Origin: an uncultured Pseudomonadales bacterium
GTDB lineage: Bacteria; Patescibacteriota; Microgenomatia; UBA1400; MFAQ01
NCBI GenBank assembly: GCA_964592455.1
Contig: CAZQDQ010000002.1
Location: forward strand, 1 to 33,766
Length of the DNA: 33,766 bases
Reading direction: 5' to 3'
The notes beneath the pieces are model-generated. The model ran no database searches, was not told the origin of the DNA, and saw nothing but the letters and a program-made list of their open reading frames with translations. Of this stretch, positions 25,135-33,259 are shown piece by piece. A program made the position numbers and the translations under genes. Position 1 is the stretch's first letter. Every line of letters begins with the position of its first letter.

Positions 25135-25207
25135 CAGGTCTGACAGGATTTGAACCCGCAACCTATCGGTTTGGAGCCGATTGCTCTGCCAATTGAGCTA
25201 CAGACCT
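25135..25207 (-). tRNA. tRNA-Trp (anticodon CCA)
   Basis: Folded manually as a cloverleaf: acceptor AGGUCUG/CAGACCU, D arm GCUC-AAUUGGCA-GAGC, anticodon arm AUCGG-CUCCAAA-CCGAU, T arm GCGGG-UUCAAAU-CCUGU, discriminator G. CCA is not encoded. Confidence 0.93.
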
Positions 25208-25229
25208 TAGACTTGTGCCATTGCACAGA

Positions 25230-25300
25230 AGACCCCGGTAGGAATTGAACCTACGACTTGCCGCTTACAAAGCAGCTACTCTACACTGAGTTACGGGGCC
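25230..25300 (-). tRNA. tRNA-Thr (anticodon UGU)
   Basis: Folded manually as a cloverleaf: acceptor GGCCCCG/CGGGGUC (one G-U pair), D arm ACUC-AGUGUA-GAGU, anticodon arm GCUGC-UUUGUAA-GCGGC, T arm GUAGG-UUCAAUU-CCUAC. Confidence 0.9.
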
Positions 25301-25319
25301 ACTTTCAAATTACCCGCCA

Positions 25320-25348
25320 AGTATATCTCTATCTCATCAGAAAATCAA
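25320..25348 (-). promoter_or_regulatory. Candidate promoter of the tRNA-Thr/tRNA-Trp unit
   Basis: Minus strand: TTGATT (25348-25343), a 17-nt spacer, then TATACT (25325-25320). It ends about 19 nt upstream of the tRNA-Thr 5' end. Confidence 0.55.
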
Positions 25349-25407
25349 TAAATTAAAAAAAAGACACCCGCTTTAATTAAATTGGCTCAGTTCTGATACA
25401 GTTAGTT

Positions 25408-26076
25408 ATGGCCTTTGTCTTTTTATTAATCTCCTTAATTTTCCTTTATTATTCAGGTCGCGTTTTACTTTATCAATTAACCCATCTTGTCCACCGCACT
25501 GGCGGTAGTCGTCGTTTTCTTATTTTCCTTTGGAGCTTAATTTTCCTCCCCGGAACTATTATCCACGAACTCTCTCACTTTTTTATGGCAATACTAGTAG
25601 GTGCCAGAACAGGAAAAATAGAGATCTTCCCAGAATTTTTAGATGAAGACAGCCATGGTGGTATTGCTCTCGGTTCTGTCCAAACCCAAAAACTAAACAT
25701 TATCCAAGGTGTCCTGGTTGGCTTAGCCCCCCTTTTTTTAGGTCTAGGCTTACTAGTCTGGCTTGGCACCTTAATCCTCCAGAGTTACAGCACCACCACT
25801 TATTCTACCCTTATTCTACAAATTTATCTTTTTTTCACAATTTCTAATTCCTTTTTTCCTAGCCGCTCTGACCTTGTCCATGCCATACCAGCAGTCGTTA
25901 CTATGGCCGTTATTAGCGTCATTGCTTGGCTTGTTGGTGTCCAGTTTTCAATTTCTCCAACAAAAGTGGTTATTGAAACTGTCCAAACAATTTTTCTAAC
26001 CACCATAGCAAGCACTTTTTTAAATCTTGCCATTTCCTTTCTTTTGTCACTCTTGCGTAAAGTTCTCCCAAACTGA
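25408..26076 (+). CDS. Polytopic membrane protein with HExxH motif (putative intramembrane zinc metalloprotease-like)
   Basis: 222-aa ORF with about six hydrophobic segments. The motif IIHELSHFFMAIL lies at a membrane interface. The family assignment is uncertain. Confidence 0.55.
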   Translation: MAFVFLLISLIFLYYSGRVLLYQLTHLVHRTGGSRRFLIFLWSLIFLPGTIIHELSHFFMAILVGARTGKIEIFPEFLDEDSHGGIALGSVQTQKLNIIQGVLVGLAPLFLGLGLLVWLGTLILQSYSTTTYSTLILQIYLFFTISNSFFPSRSDLVHAIPAVVTMAVISVIAWLVGVQFSISPTKVVIETVQTIFLTTIASTFLNLAISFLLSLLRKVLPN

Positions 26077-26079
26077 CTC

Positions 26080-26108
26080 TTGACCAGCTCACAGATCAAT
26101 GATATCCT
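26080..26108 (+). promoter_or_regulatory. Candidate promoter upstream of small leader ORF / ABC exporter
   Basis: TTGACC (26080-26085), a 17-nt spacer, then TATCCT (26103-26108). The ATG of the 37-codon ORF follows 9 nt downstream. Confidence 0.4.
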
Positions 26109-26117
26109 ATAACTATT

Positions 26118-26231
26118 ATGAAATTTATGTCGCAAATCATGCTTGCCCTCAAAAGGCTCATACCGCAGCCAGACGGTCTTTTGGGATCAACTCGTACCCC
26201 GGTCTTTGCGCATATTATTTATAATTTCTAA
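26118..26231 (+). CDS. Possible 37-aa leader peptide ORF
   Basis: My translation is MKFMSQIMLALKRLIPQPDGLLGSTRTPVFAHIIYNF. No SD is present. It lies between a candidate promoter and a strong terminator that precedes the ABC exporter. Coding status is unproven. Confidence 0.3.
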   Translation: MKFMSQIMLALKRLIPQPDGLLGSTRTPVFAHIIYNF

Positions 26232-26254
26232 AGAAAAATCATTAAAATACGCCC

Positions 26255-26282
26255 AAACGCCGCGGTATAAGCGGCGTTTTTT
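26255..26282 (+). terminator. Intrinsic terminator in the 5' leader of the ABC exporter gene (attenuator candidate)
   Basis: 9-bp stem AAACGCCGC/GCGGCGTTT with a 7-nt loop GGTATAA and a T6 run. It lies 47 nt upstream of the ABC exporter ATG, which has its own SD AAGGAG. Confidence 0.8.
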
Positions 26283-26329
26283 GTGCTCGAAATGCACATG
26301 TACTTTCAAATCAAATAAAGGAGTTCGCT

Positions 26330-28066
26330 ATGCTCAAAAAACTGTGGGTTTTGTTAAAGCCTTTTCACAAGGCTTTCTATCTGTTCATGTTTATTGCCTT
26401 TTGTTATGAACTGGTTCAAATGGCAGCAAGCTATGTTATTAGTCTAGTAGTTACCCTCTTTAGTACAGACGTCAGCTTTTTTATCTGGGCTGCTTTTTTT
26501 GCTGGGTTGCTAATATTCGACGAACTTAGTATGCGCTTAGACAACACTTTCGATTGGCACGTCATTTCCAAACATAGTTTCCCTCTTTACAAATACTTCA
26601 AGTTGTCCGCCATCATTAAGTTTTTAAAACTCGACATTAACTGGCACAAGAAAAACAACTCAGGAACCTTAGTAGGCAAAGTCAGTAATGGTGTTTGGAA
26701 AACAATGGACATTATCGACGCTTTCAGCTGGGAGTTTCTGCCTACTATTATTCAAACAGTTGTTAGCTTAGTGCCCTTACTAATAATCACTCCTTGGGTT
26801 GCCCTGGTTTCAATTGTTGCCTTTGCTGTTTTTGCCTGGATCACCAACAAAGGTAACCAGCTTCGAAAACCGCTAAGAGCCAAAAGGGAAGATTATTACG
26901 AAGAAGAGTGGCGTCAGGCGGTTGCTTCTGTTCAGTCTGTCGAAACTGTTACTATGTTTGGCCAACAGCAAAGGGTTATCAAAGACCAAGAGCTGCTACA
27001 CAACAGCATTGTTGACTCAGCCTTAACTGAATTCCATCGCGGTGTTTTTCTTATTACTCGTTGGCGTATCCGCACTCTAACAGTTGCCCGTCGCCTCATT
27101 CTTGCTATTTGGGTCTATCAATTACTTACAGGTACTATGGATATTGCCAACTTAATTTTTGTTAGTGTTTTAGTCGAACGTCTCTTTTCTAGCTTCTGGC
27201 GCTTTGCCCGTCTTCTAGACCGTGCCACCGAAAACCAAGAAGGGGCAGAAAGACTAATTAATTTGTTAGAAGAAAAAGAGCCAATAGAAACGGGACAACA
27301 CAACTTAAAACCAACAGTAGCTTTAGACATCAACTTAAAAAATGTTTGTTTTGGTTACGATGGCAACTACAGTAAAAAGGATGGTGCTTTACACAATCTC
27401 AATCTTAGTATCCCAGCTGGTCAAATTATTGCTCTAGTTGGTCCTTCTGGGGCTGGCAAAACCACCATCCGCAAAGTAATTACCCGTACTGTTAACTGTC
27501 AAAGTGGTGAAATCAAGGTTGGTGGAGTAAATATAAATGATTGGGACGGCAAAAGTCTTATTTCCCAATTTTCTTATGTTCCCCAAGGTGACGAAGTTTA
27601 CATTTACGACGACACTATTTACCACAACATTACTTTCCCAAATCCAAACGCAACCAAAGATGAAGTGGAAAAAGCAGCAAAACTCGCTGGTATCCATCAA
27701 TTTATTACTGGTCTAAGTGATGGTTACCAAACTCAAGTTGGTGAGCGTGGTATTCGTTTATCTGGCGGTCAAAAACAGCGCATCGCACTGGCAAGAGCCA
27801 TTCTTGCCAATAGACCAATCCTAATTTTAGATGAGGCTACTAGTGCCGTTGACGCTATTACCGAAAGCGAAATCCAAACCAACATGCGTCAAATCTTAAA
27901 AGGTAAAACTGCCATAATTATTGCTCACCGTCTCTCTACCATTTGGAACCTAGCCGACAAAATTGTCGTTATGGACGAAGGTCACATTGTCGAAGAAGGA
28001 ATACACGAAGAACTAGTGGCCAACAACAACCTCTATGCAGAAATGGTTAGACTCCAAACACACTAA
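26330..28066 (+). CDS. ABC exporter, fused permease/ATPase half-transporter (MsbA/multidrug-type)
   Basis: An N-terminal six-TM domain is followed by Walker A GPSGAGKTT, signature LSGGQKQRIALARA, Walker B ILILDEATSAVD and an H-loop AHRLST. Confidence 0.92.
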   Translation: MLKKLWVLLKPFHKAFYLFMFIAFCYELVQMAASYVISLVVTLFSTDVSFFIWAAFFAGLLIFDELSMRLDNTFDWHVISKHSFPLYKYFKLSAIIKFLKLDINWHKKNNSGTLVGKVSNGVWKTMDIIDAFSWEFLPTIIQTVVSLVPLLIITPWVALVSIVAFAVFAWITNKGNQLRKPLRAKREDYYEEEWRQAVASVQSVETVTMFGQQQRVIKDQELLHNSIVDSALTEFHRGVFLITRWRIRTLTVARRLILAIWVYQLLTGTMDIANLIFVSVLVERLFSSFWRFARLLDRATENQEGAERLINLLEEKEPIETGQHNLKPTVALDINLKNVCFGYDGNYSKKDGALHNLNLSIPAGQIIALVGPSGAGKTTIRKVITRTVNCQSGEIKVGGVNINDWDGKSLISQFSYVPQGDEVYIYDDTIYHNITFPNPNATKDEVEKAAKLAGIHQFITGLSDGYQTQVGERGIRLSGGQKQRIALARAILANRPILILDEATSAVDAITESEIQTNMRQILKGKTAIIIAHRLSTIWNLADKIVVMDEGHIVEEGIHEELVANNNLYAEMVRLQTH

Positions 28067-28073
28067 TTTCCTC

Positions 28074-28101
28074 GCCCCCATCTACTTGTGGGGGCTTTTT
28101 T
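28074..28101 (+). terminator. Intrinsic terminator after the ABC exporter
   Basis: Stem GCCCCCA, loop TCTACTTG, stem TGGGGGC, followed by T6. Confidence 0.8.
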
Positions 28102-28134
28102 GTGTCATTCGTTTCAGTTAAAATAAACCCTTAC

Positions 28135-29088
28135 ATGACATCCTCAAAAAATATCATCGAAGTCAGTGCTCTGGTTAAAAAATACAAAAAATCAGACAAA
28201 CTAGCTGTTGATAATATCAGTTTCACGGTCAAAGAAGGAGAGTTCTTTGCTCTTTTGGGTCCAAATGGCGCTGGCAAAACTACCACTATTTCTATTCTCA
28301 CTACCACTCTAAGTAAAACTTCCGGCACAATAACCATCGCTGGTTTCGACAGCGAAAAAAACTCAGACAAAGTTAGACAATCAATTGGGGTTATTTTTCA
28401 GAATCCCAGCTTAGATCTAAACTTAACTGCCGAAGAAAATATCCGTTTCCACGCTATTCTCTACGGTCTTTTCCCCTTTGCTCTAAGCTATTCCTTCATG
28501 CCGGATGAGTACAAGGAAAAGGTTCTCAAACTCGCCAAGATTTTAGAAATCGAAAAAGACATTTTTAAACCAGTCAAATCTTTCTCTGGTGGCATGAAGA
28601 GAAAACTGGAGATTATCAGAAGTTTAATGCATGACCCTAAAGTTCTATTCTTAGACGAACCTACATCAGGGTTAGACCCGCTAAGCCGCAAGAACCTTTG
28701 GAATTATTTAGAAAAAGTCAGAAGAGAAAACAAAACTACCATCTTTCTTACCACTCATTACTTAGAGGAAGCAGAACAGGCTGACATGGTTGTTATAGTC
28801 AACTCTGGCAAAATAATTACTGCTGGTCCTCCTAAAAAAATCAAAGACGAACTAATTCAAGAGTATTTACTAGTAAAAACAAAACAAAAACAAAAACTAG
28901 AAACCGAACTCAAAACTCAAAAACATAACTTTACTTCTGGGGAAACTTTCAAAATCGATGTTGAAGGCAAAAATGTACACCAGGTAATCAAAAATATTTC
29001 TACCCCCTTAACAGAGATTAAAGTACACATCCCGACTCTAGAAGATGCTTATCTCGAAATCTTAAACAGACAAAATCAAGAAAAATGA
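28135..29088 (+). CDS. ABC transporter ATP-binding protein (ABC-2/DrrA-like)
   Basis: Walker A GPNGAGKTTT, Q-loop, signature FSGGMKRKLEI, Walker B VLFLDEPTSGLDP. I placed the start at ATG 28135, because the track's GTG at 28102 abuts the terminator U-run. Confidence 0.9.
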   Translation: MTSSKNIIEVSALVKKYKKSDKLAVDNISFTVKEGEFFALLGPNGAGKTTTISILTTTLSKTSGTITIAGFDSEKNSDKVRQSIGVIFQNPSLDLNLTAEENIRFHAILYGLFPFALSYSFMPDEYKEKVLKLAKILEIEKDIFKPVKSFSGGMKRKLEIIRSLMHDPKVLFLDEPTSGLDPLSRKNLWNYLEKVRRENKTTIFLTTHYLEEAEQADMVVIVNSGKIITAGPPKKIKDELIQEYLLVKTKQKQKLETELKTQKHNFTSGETFKIDVEGKNVHQVIKNISTPLTEIKVHIPTLEDAYLEILNRQNQEK

Positions 29089-29864
29089 ACAATCTAAACG
29101 CCATTCTTACTATTGCCTTGCGTGATTACCTAAAGTTCCTACGCGACCGGGGGCGTATTATTGCTACCTTTATCTTTCCGATCATGTTTATTGGTGTTTT
29201 AGGCAGCAGTCTTCAGGGCAGCTTTGCTTCCGATGCGGGATACAACTTCTTAGGCTTTGTCTTTACTGGTGTTCTCGGCCAAACTCTTTTCCAGTCAACA
29301 GCTTCCGGTATCATTTCTCTTATCCAAGATCGCACTAGTGATTTCTCTCAAGAGCTTTTTGTTTCTCCAGTTAGTCGCTTCGCTATTATTTTTGGTAAAA
29401 TTTTTGGTGAAACCATTGTCGCCATGTCTCAAGCGATAGGCGTTATTCTTTTTGCCCTCCTTATTCGCGTTCCCCTAAACTTACCTCAGTTACTTAGTTT
29501 AGTTCCCGCCTTTTTTGTTTCCTGTCTTTTAGGTGGTGCTTTTGGTTTGCTCATTCTTTCTAATTTAGATAGCGAAAGAGGAGCCAATCAGATTTTTCCT
29601 TTTGTTATTTTTCCTCAATTTTTTCTTTCTGGTATTTTTGCCCCCATCAAAAACTTGCCTCCAGTTTTAGATTTTATTTCTCACCTGGTTCCCATGCGCT
29701 ACGCCGTTGATTTGGTTCGCGGTCTCTACTACCAAGGCACTCCAGAATTTAGCAAAATTGTTTTACTGCCCGTCTGGCAAAACTTACTCATCATTGCCAC
29801 CATGTTTACTGTCATGTTTACCATAGGTTCAATTTTATTTGTCAAAAACGAAAAAAACCGCTAA
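29085..29864 (+). CDS. ABC-2 type transporter permease
   Basis: 259 aa with six hydrophobic segments. There is a 4-nt ATGA overlap with the ATPase gene, as is typical for ABC-2 membrane partners. Confidence 0.85.
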   Translation: MNNLNAILTIALRDYLKFLRDRGRIIATFIFPIMFIGVLGSSLQGSFASDAGYNFLGFVFTGVLGQTLFQSTASGIISLIQDRTSDFSQELFVSPVSRFAIIFGKIFGETIVAMSQAIGVILFALLIRVPLNLPQLLSLVPAFFVSCLLGGAFGLLILSNLDSERGANQIFPFVIFPQFFLSGIFAPIKNLPPVLDFISHLVPMRYAVDLVRGLYYQGTPEFSKIVLLPVWQNLLIIATMFTVMFTIGSILFVKNEKNR

Positions 29865-29872
29865 TTTGATTG

Positions 29873-29897
29873 AAAAAACACCACCTTACGGTGGTGT
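29873..29897 (-). terminator. Intrinsic terminator for minus-strand gene 29908-30387 (hairpin may also act on the + unit)
   Basis: Hairpin ACACCACC-TTAC-GGTGGTGT (29878-29897). The U-run on the minus strand is the complement of A-run 29873-29877. Confidence 0.6.
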
Positions 29898-29907
29898 GTC
29901 TGAAAGC

Positions 29908-30387
29908 CTAAGGACAAGTTATTTTTACTGGGCCATTTAACGACCATGACCCGGCCACAATCAAGTCCGACACCGGATGGAAGTTCCCATCATCAGTGCA
30001 TCCCTTGACCTGAATTTCTACTTCGGACACATATTGTTGTGTATATTCAGGTTCACAGTTTAAGGACTTGTTTGTCAGAGAGATAGTGCTGCTGCACAAC
30101 CCTCCATTGTTTGTAATCACCCTTACCTCTACTGGGTGAGTCAGTCCAGTAATATTAATCCACGCCCATGGCTGATAAATGTCAGCCATAAATTCGTGGC
30201 TATAATTGATCCCTGAGTCCATGTAGACATAGACTTCTCCTGCGCCAAGTGTGGCCGTAGGCGCAAGATCAACATAAACATTAATGTTCTCCATCCTTAC
30301 TGTGCTGGCCTCTCTTGCCAAGTAAACCAGACCAGCCACGATCAACAATGTTATTAATACGCCTATTACAAGTAGCCTGTTTCTCAC
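29908..30387 (-). CDS. Hypothetical membrane-anchored/secreted protein with four Cys
   Basis: 159-aa ORF with a GTG start, SD AAGGAG and an N-terminal TM anchor (LLVIGVLITLLIVAGLVYL). Confidence 0.6.
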   Translation of the reverse strand: MRNRLLVIGVLITLLIVAGLVYLAREASTVRMENINVYVDLAPTATLGAGEVYVYMDSGINYSHEFMADIYQPWAWINITGLTHPVEVRVITNNGGLCSSTISLTNKSLNCEPEYTQQYVSEVEIQVKGCTDDGNFHPVSDLIVAGSWSLNGPVKITCP

Positions 30388-30417
30388 GCCAACTCCTTTT
30401 AACCAGCTTTTTGATGG

Positions 30418-30426
30418 ATTATATCA
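30418..30426 (-). promoter_or_regulatory. Extended -10 promoter element for 29908-30387
   Basis: The minus strand reads TGaTATAAT, about 30 nt upstream of the GTG start and followed by an SD-containing leader. Confidence 0.45.
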
Positions 30427-30447
30427 CAAATATCCTATAAGTATAAG

Positions 30448-31674
30448 TTAACCATCAATCTCTCTCTTCAGCTCCGCCAAAACTCTGGCAACTTTTCTAT
30501 AACTCCTTCTTAAATTATTTTTAGATGTCTCGTTAGGTAAATATCTCTGTTGTGATTTAAGTGAATCACGCAGGGACGACTTTGCTTTTTTCAGCACTTC
30601 CAAAATTCCACCTTGCACCTCTTTAACCAGGTTGGCGTCTACTTTCACTCCCCAGCTTTCCAGAGCCTTAAATGTCCAAGTCAAACCAGCAACTCCATGA
30701 AGACCCCACTCGGCTCTATTTACCTTTCCCTTTGTCCAGTCTATATCACGCTCATCTCTTGGGGAGATGGGTAGTTTTATATGCCTCTGGTACAAATCAA
30801 TAAACCTAGCTTTAAATGCCTCTCTGTCAACAATAGTCAGTACTTTTCTTTCATCAAATCTCACTGCATTACCAAAAATATCCAAAAAATGGAATAAGCA
30901 TCTCGCTCTATCTACATATGTTTCTTCACTAGCTTGGCTAGACTTCTCCAAGCTTTTAGTTTGCCTGGCAAACTGATCTTCACGCCAAATATCCTCATGG
31001 GCACCTGCCACTTGTTTAACAAACTTCACATCTTCCTCTCCGAAGGTAATAATCTCTCCTCTTTTTGTTTTAAACTTCTTTCCAAGCATATATTTGCCAA
31101 TTACCTCTCTGTATATAACCTCGTGATCAGGATCAATTTGAGCATTAAGCCCGCCAAGAAGCTTTGGTAAGTCATGGGTCAGTGCAATAAACTCCAGCAA
31201 GTCAACCTGTCTTTCTCCCAAAAGTCCACCCTCATTATTATCTTTGGATATGATTTGCTTAATACTGTCAAAAAAAGCTACCGAAGAGCCACCAGTCTCA
31301 TCTAGGTGCGCAAATAACTGCCCCTTACTTTCCAAAAAAACAAAAAAATCACTTGTCTTGCGCTTTTCTTCAGCACCTTCGGCCGCTTCGAGAACAATAT
31401 TTTTTATTGTCTGTTTAAGAAAGTCATCAAAAAAGACAGCCTCATCTGCTTCAGCAAGTTTCTCGCCCAACCTCTTCACGTTCGCTGTCATTTTCTTTCT
31501 TGCTTCTTTACTGCCAGGAATATCTTTTAGTAACTGCTCTATCCGATCAGCAATAGTTTCTCCCTTAGCATAATCAAACTCATCATCATATGCACTCTCA
31601 CCAAGACCAAGGTAAAATTCACTGCCATTTACCTCACTTTCATCTAATATTACTTCAGTTTTCTCACTGCTCAC
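30448..31674 (-). CDS. Hypothetical protein, possibly HD-domain-like
   Basis: 408-aa ORF with a GTG start. The His/Asp pattern (FAHLDE ... ALTHDLPK ... DPDHEV ... GAHEDIW ... FHFLDIF) is reminiscent of HD phosphohydrolases, but this is not a confident match. Confidence 0.55.
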   Translation of the reverse strand: MSSEKTEVILDESEVNGSEFYLGLGESAYDDEFDYAKGETIADRIEQLLKDIPGSKEARKKMTANVKRLGEKLAEADEAVFFDDFLKQTIKNIVLEAAEGAEEKRKTSDFFVFLESKGQLFAHLDETGGSSVAFFDSIKQIISKDNNEGGLLGERQVDLLEFIALTHDLPKLLGGLNAQIDPDHEVIYREVIGKYMLGKKFKTKRGEIITFGEEDVKFVKQVAGAHEDIWREDQFARQTKSLEKSSQASEETYVDRARCLFHFLDIFGNAVRFDERKVLTIVDREAFKARFIDLYQRHIKLPISPRDERDIDWTKGKVNRAEWGLHGVAGLTWTFKALESWGVKVDANLVKEVQGGILEVLKKAKSSLRDSLKSQQRYLPNETSKNNLRRSYRKVARVLAELKREIDG

Positions 31675-31700
31675 AAATTCAGTTTACATTAATTTAATCA

Positions 31701-31997
31701 TCACCAGTCTATCAGTGGCCGAAACTTATAGCCATAAGTAATTAGTCCTCTGTCGCCATCTTCAAACAATTTTCTTGTCACCATTTCCACCCTCATTCCT
31801 ATATAAACCTCGCTTGGATCAACGTCGGTCAACATGGCGGTGACCGTGTTGCCTTCGTCAAGTTTCACCAAGGCAACTACATAAGGCCCCAAAAATTCAA
31901 AGTTATTTGGGGCTTGGTGGACGATCGTAAAACTATAAACCTCTCCCTTCCCAGAAAACTTCAAAACTTCATCTAAGTGACTATACCCCTTTTCCAT
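31701..31997 (-). CDS. DUF35-type OB-fold domain protein lacking the usual N-terminal zinc ribbon
   Basis: The sequence FSGKGEVYSFTIVHQAPNNFEFLGPYVVALVKLDEGNTVTAMLTDVDPSEVYIGMRVEMV matches the DUF35 OB-fold pattern. I chose ATG 31997 as the start, where TGcTAATAT lies 6 nt upstream. The track uses TTG at 32003. Confidence 0.68.
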   Translation of the reverse strand: MEKGYSHLDEVLKFSGKGEVYSFTIVHQAPNNFEFLGPYVVALVKLDEGNTVTAMLTDVDPSEVYIGMRVEMVTRKLFEDGDRGLITYGYKFRPLIDW

Positions 31998-32067
31998 AAG
32001 CAAATATTAGCACGCACCTTGTCTCATACGCTTTCAAAAAAGATTATTATTTGGTGTACCATAAATT

Positions 32068-32796
32068 ATGGAAAACAATTCACTCATTGAGCAAAGTCAA
32101 CCGACAATCCCAACAAACAACAACAAAACATTTATTGCAAACTCAATTCGCTTCCTGGTCATCCTTGCTGTCATTAGTCCTCTTATCTACAGCAACTACG
32201 TCTTAAGAAACAAGATAGAAGAATACACTAATCAGGTACCAGCACCATCACCAACTCCCATCACAACAACTACCCCAAGTTTAACAGTTACCATACCTCC
32301 AACCGAGTCGAAACCAGATCAATGGCAGCAAGCCAAGTATGGCGGTGTCTTTTCCTATATGTATCCCACAGGTTGGCATGTAGCAGAAATTTGGCCACAA
32401 GAAGCTGGAGGTCCTATCCGCCTTGCTATGGATCCCAAGCCTATCACCACAGCTCCAATGGGTGGCCCCTCAAGTACTTTTAACATCAACTTCTACAACG
32501 GCCTTTCTAAGCCAGACACAAAACTATCAGAGCTAAAAGCCGAGCTGAAACCTGAATACTTTACAGATGTTAAAACCGAAACCATAGAATCATCAAACGG
32601 CCCTATTTTTTACCACTCAGGTAAAATGTCAGGGGAATATATGAATGGCACAAAAGTAGAGACTTACCTTTTCACTGTAAAAAAATCCAACACAGATTTG
32701 CAAAATGTTCAAGTCATGCAAGCCATGCTTTACGGAGGTGATCAAAAACAAAGCGAAATGCTTAGGTACATAGTTTTGAGCTTTAAAGCTCTGTAA
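32068..32796 (+). CDS. Hypothetical membrane-anchored protein with Pro/Thr-rich linker
   Basis: 242-aa ORF. A TM anchor is followed by the linker PAPSPTPITTTTPSLTVTIPPTESKP and then a globular domain. Confidence 0.6.
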   Translation: MENNSLIEQSQPTIPTNNNKTFIANSIRFLVILAVISPLIYSNYVLRNKIEEYTNQVPAPSPTPITTTTPSLTVTIPPTESKPDQWQQAKYGGVFSYMYPTGWHVAEIWPQEAGGPIRLAMDPKPITTAPMGGPSSTFNINFYNGLSKPDTKLSELKAELKPEYFTDVKTETIESSNGPIFYHSGKMSGEYMNGTKVETYLFTVKKSNTDLQNVQVMQAMLYGGDQKQSEMLRYIVLSFKAL

Positions 32797-32860
32797 CGTC
32801 CACTGAGTGGCCAATCGAAGCAGAGGGTGGTTTCACACAAATTAAAAATAGAGTGTAGCT

Positions 32861-33259
32861 TTATCTTGAAGAAAGTATTGAGTCAATATCTCTAATCTGT
32901 TGCATCAGAAAAAGCTTAATACGATTTCTGGTAACCTCAATATTATATCCAGTTAAGAAATTTACCCGTTCATCCGACAAACTATCATAGAATTCATTGT
33001 ATCTAAGTACAATTTCGATAGTTTTATCGGCACATTCTCCAGAAAAATATTTCTTGGTCTCACTACGCAAATGATACACATTAGGAAGAAAATGACCAAA
33101 CTCATCAGACAAAATGTTTTTTGACTCTTCAACATTACCAGATTCCTCAGTTCGTCTTGTTTTTTCAAACAGGTCTTTCAGGTCCAATAAGTATCTAACA
33201 AACACAGGGTTGTCTGTTTTGCAATCTAGCTGGTTGTCCACAAAATAGTTGGTTGCCAT
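32861..33259 (-). CDS. Hypothetical protein
   Basis: 132-aa ORF. TATAAT (33272-33267, minus strand) lies 7 nt upstream of the ATG. No SD is present. Confidence 0.55.
   Translation of the reverse strand: MATNYFVDNQLDCKTDNPVFVRYLLDLKDLFEKTRRTEESGNVEESKNILSDEFGHFLPNVYHLRSETKKYFSGECADKTIEIVLRYNEFYDSLSDERVNFLTGYNIEVTRNRIKLFLMQQIRDIDSILSSR

Noticed and set aside
26118-26231. The idea that the 37-aa ORF is a bacteriocin/RiPP precursor exported by the adjacent ABC transporter
   Set aside because: The peptide has no double-glycine or other recognisable leader. The exporter lacks an N-terminal C39 peptidase domain. No modification enzymes are nearby. The promoter-ORF-terminator layout fits a regulatory leader better.
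26143-26409. 88-aa track ORF spanning the ABC exporter leader
   Set aside because: It reads straight through a strong intrinsic terminator and into the ABC exporter's start in another frame. Its composition is basic and low-complexity, so it is most likely spurious.
28855-28930. A-rich, quasi-repetitive stretch (aaaacaaaacaaaaacaaaaac...)
   Set aside because: It is in frame within the ABC ATPase and encodes a Lys/Gln-rich linker (KTKQKQKLETELKTQKH). It is not a tandem repeat array or a CRISPR.
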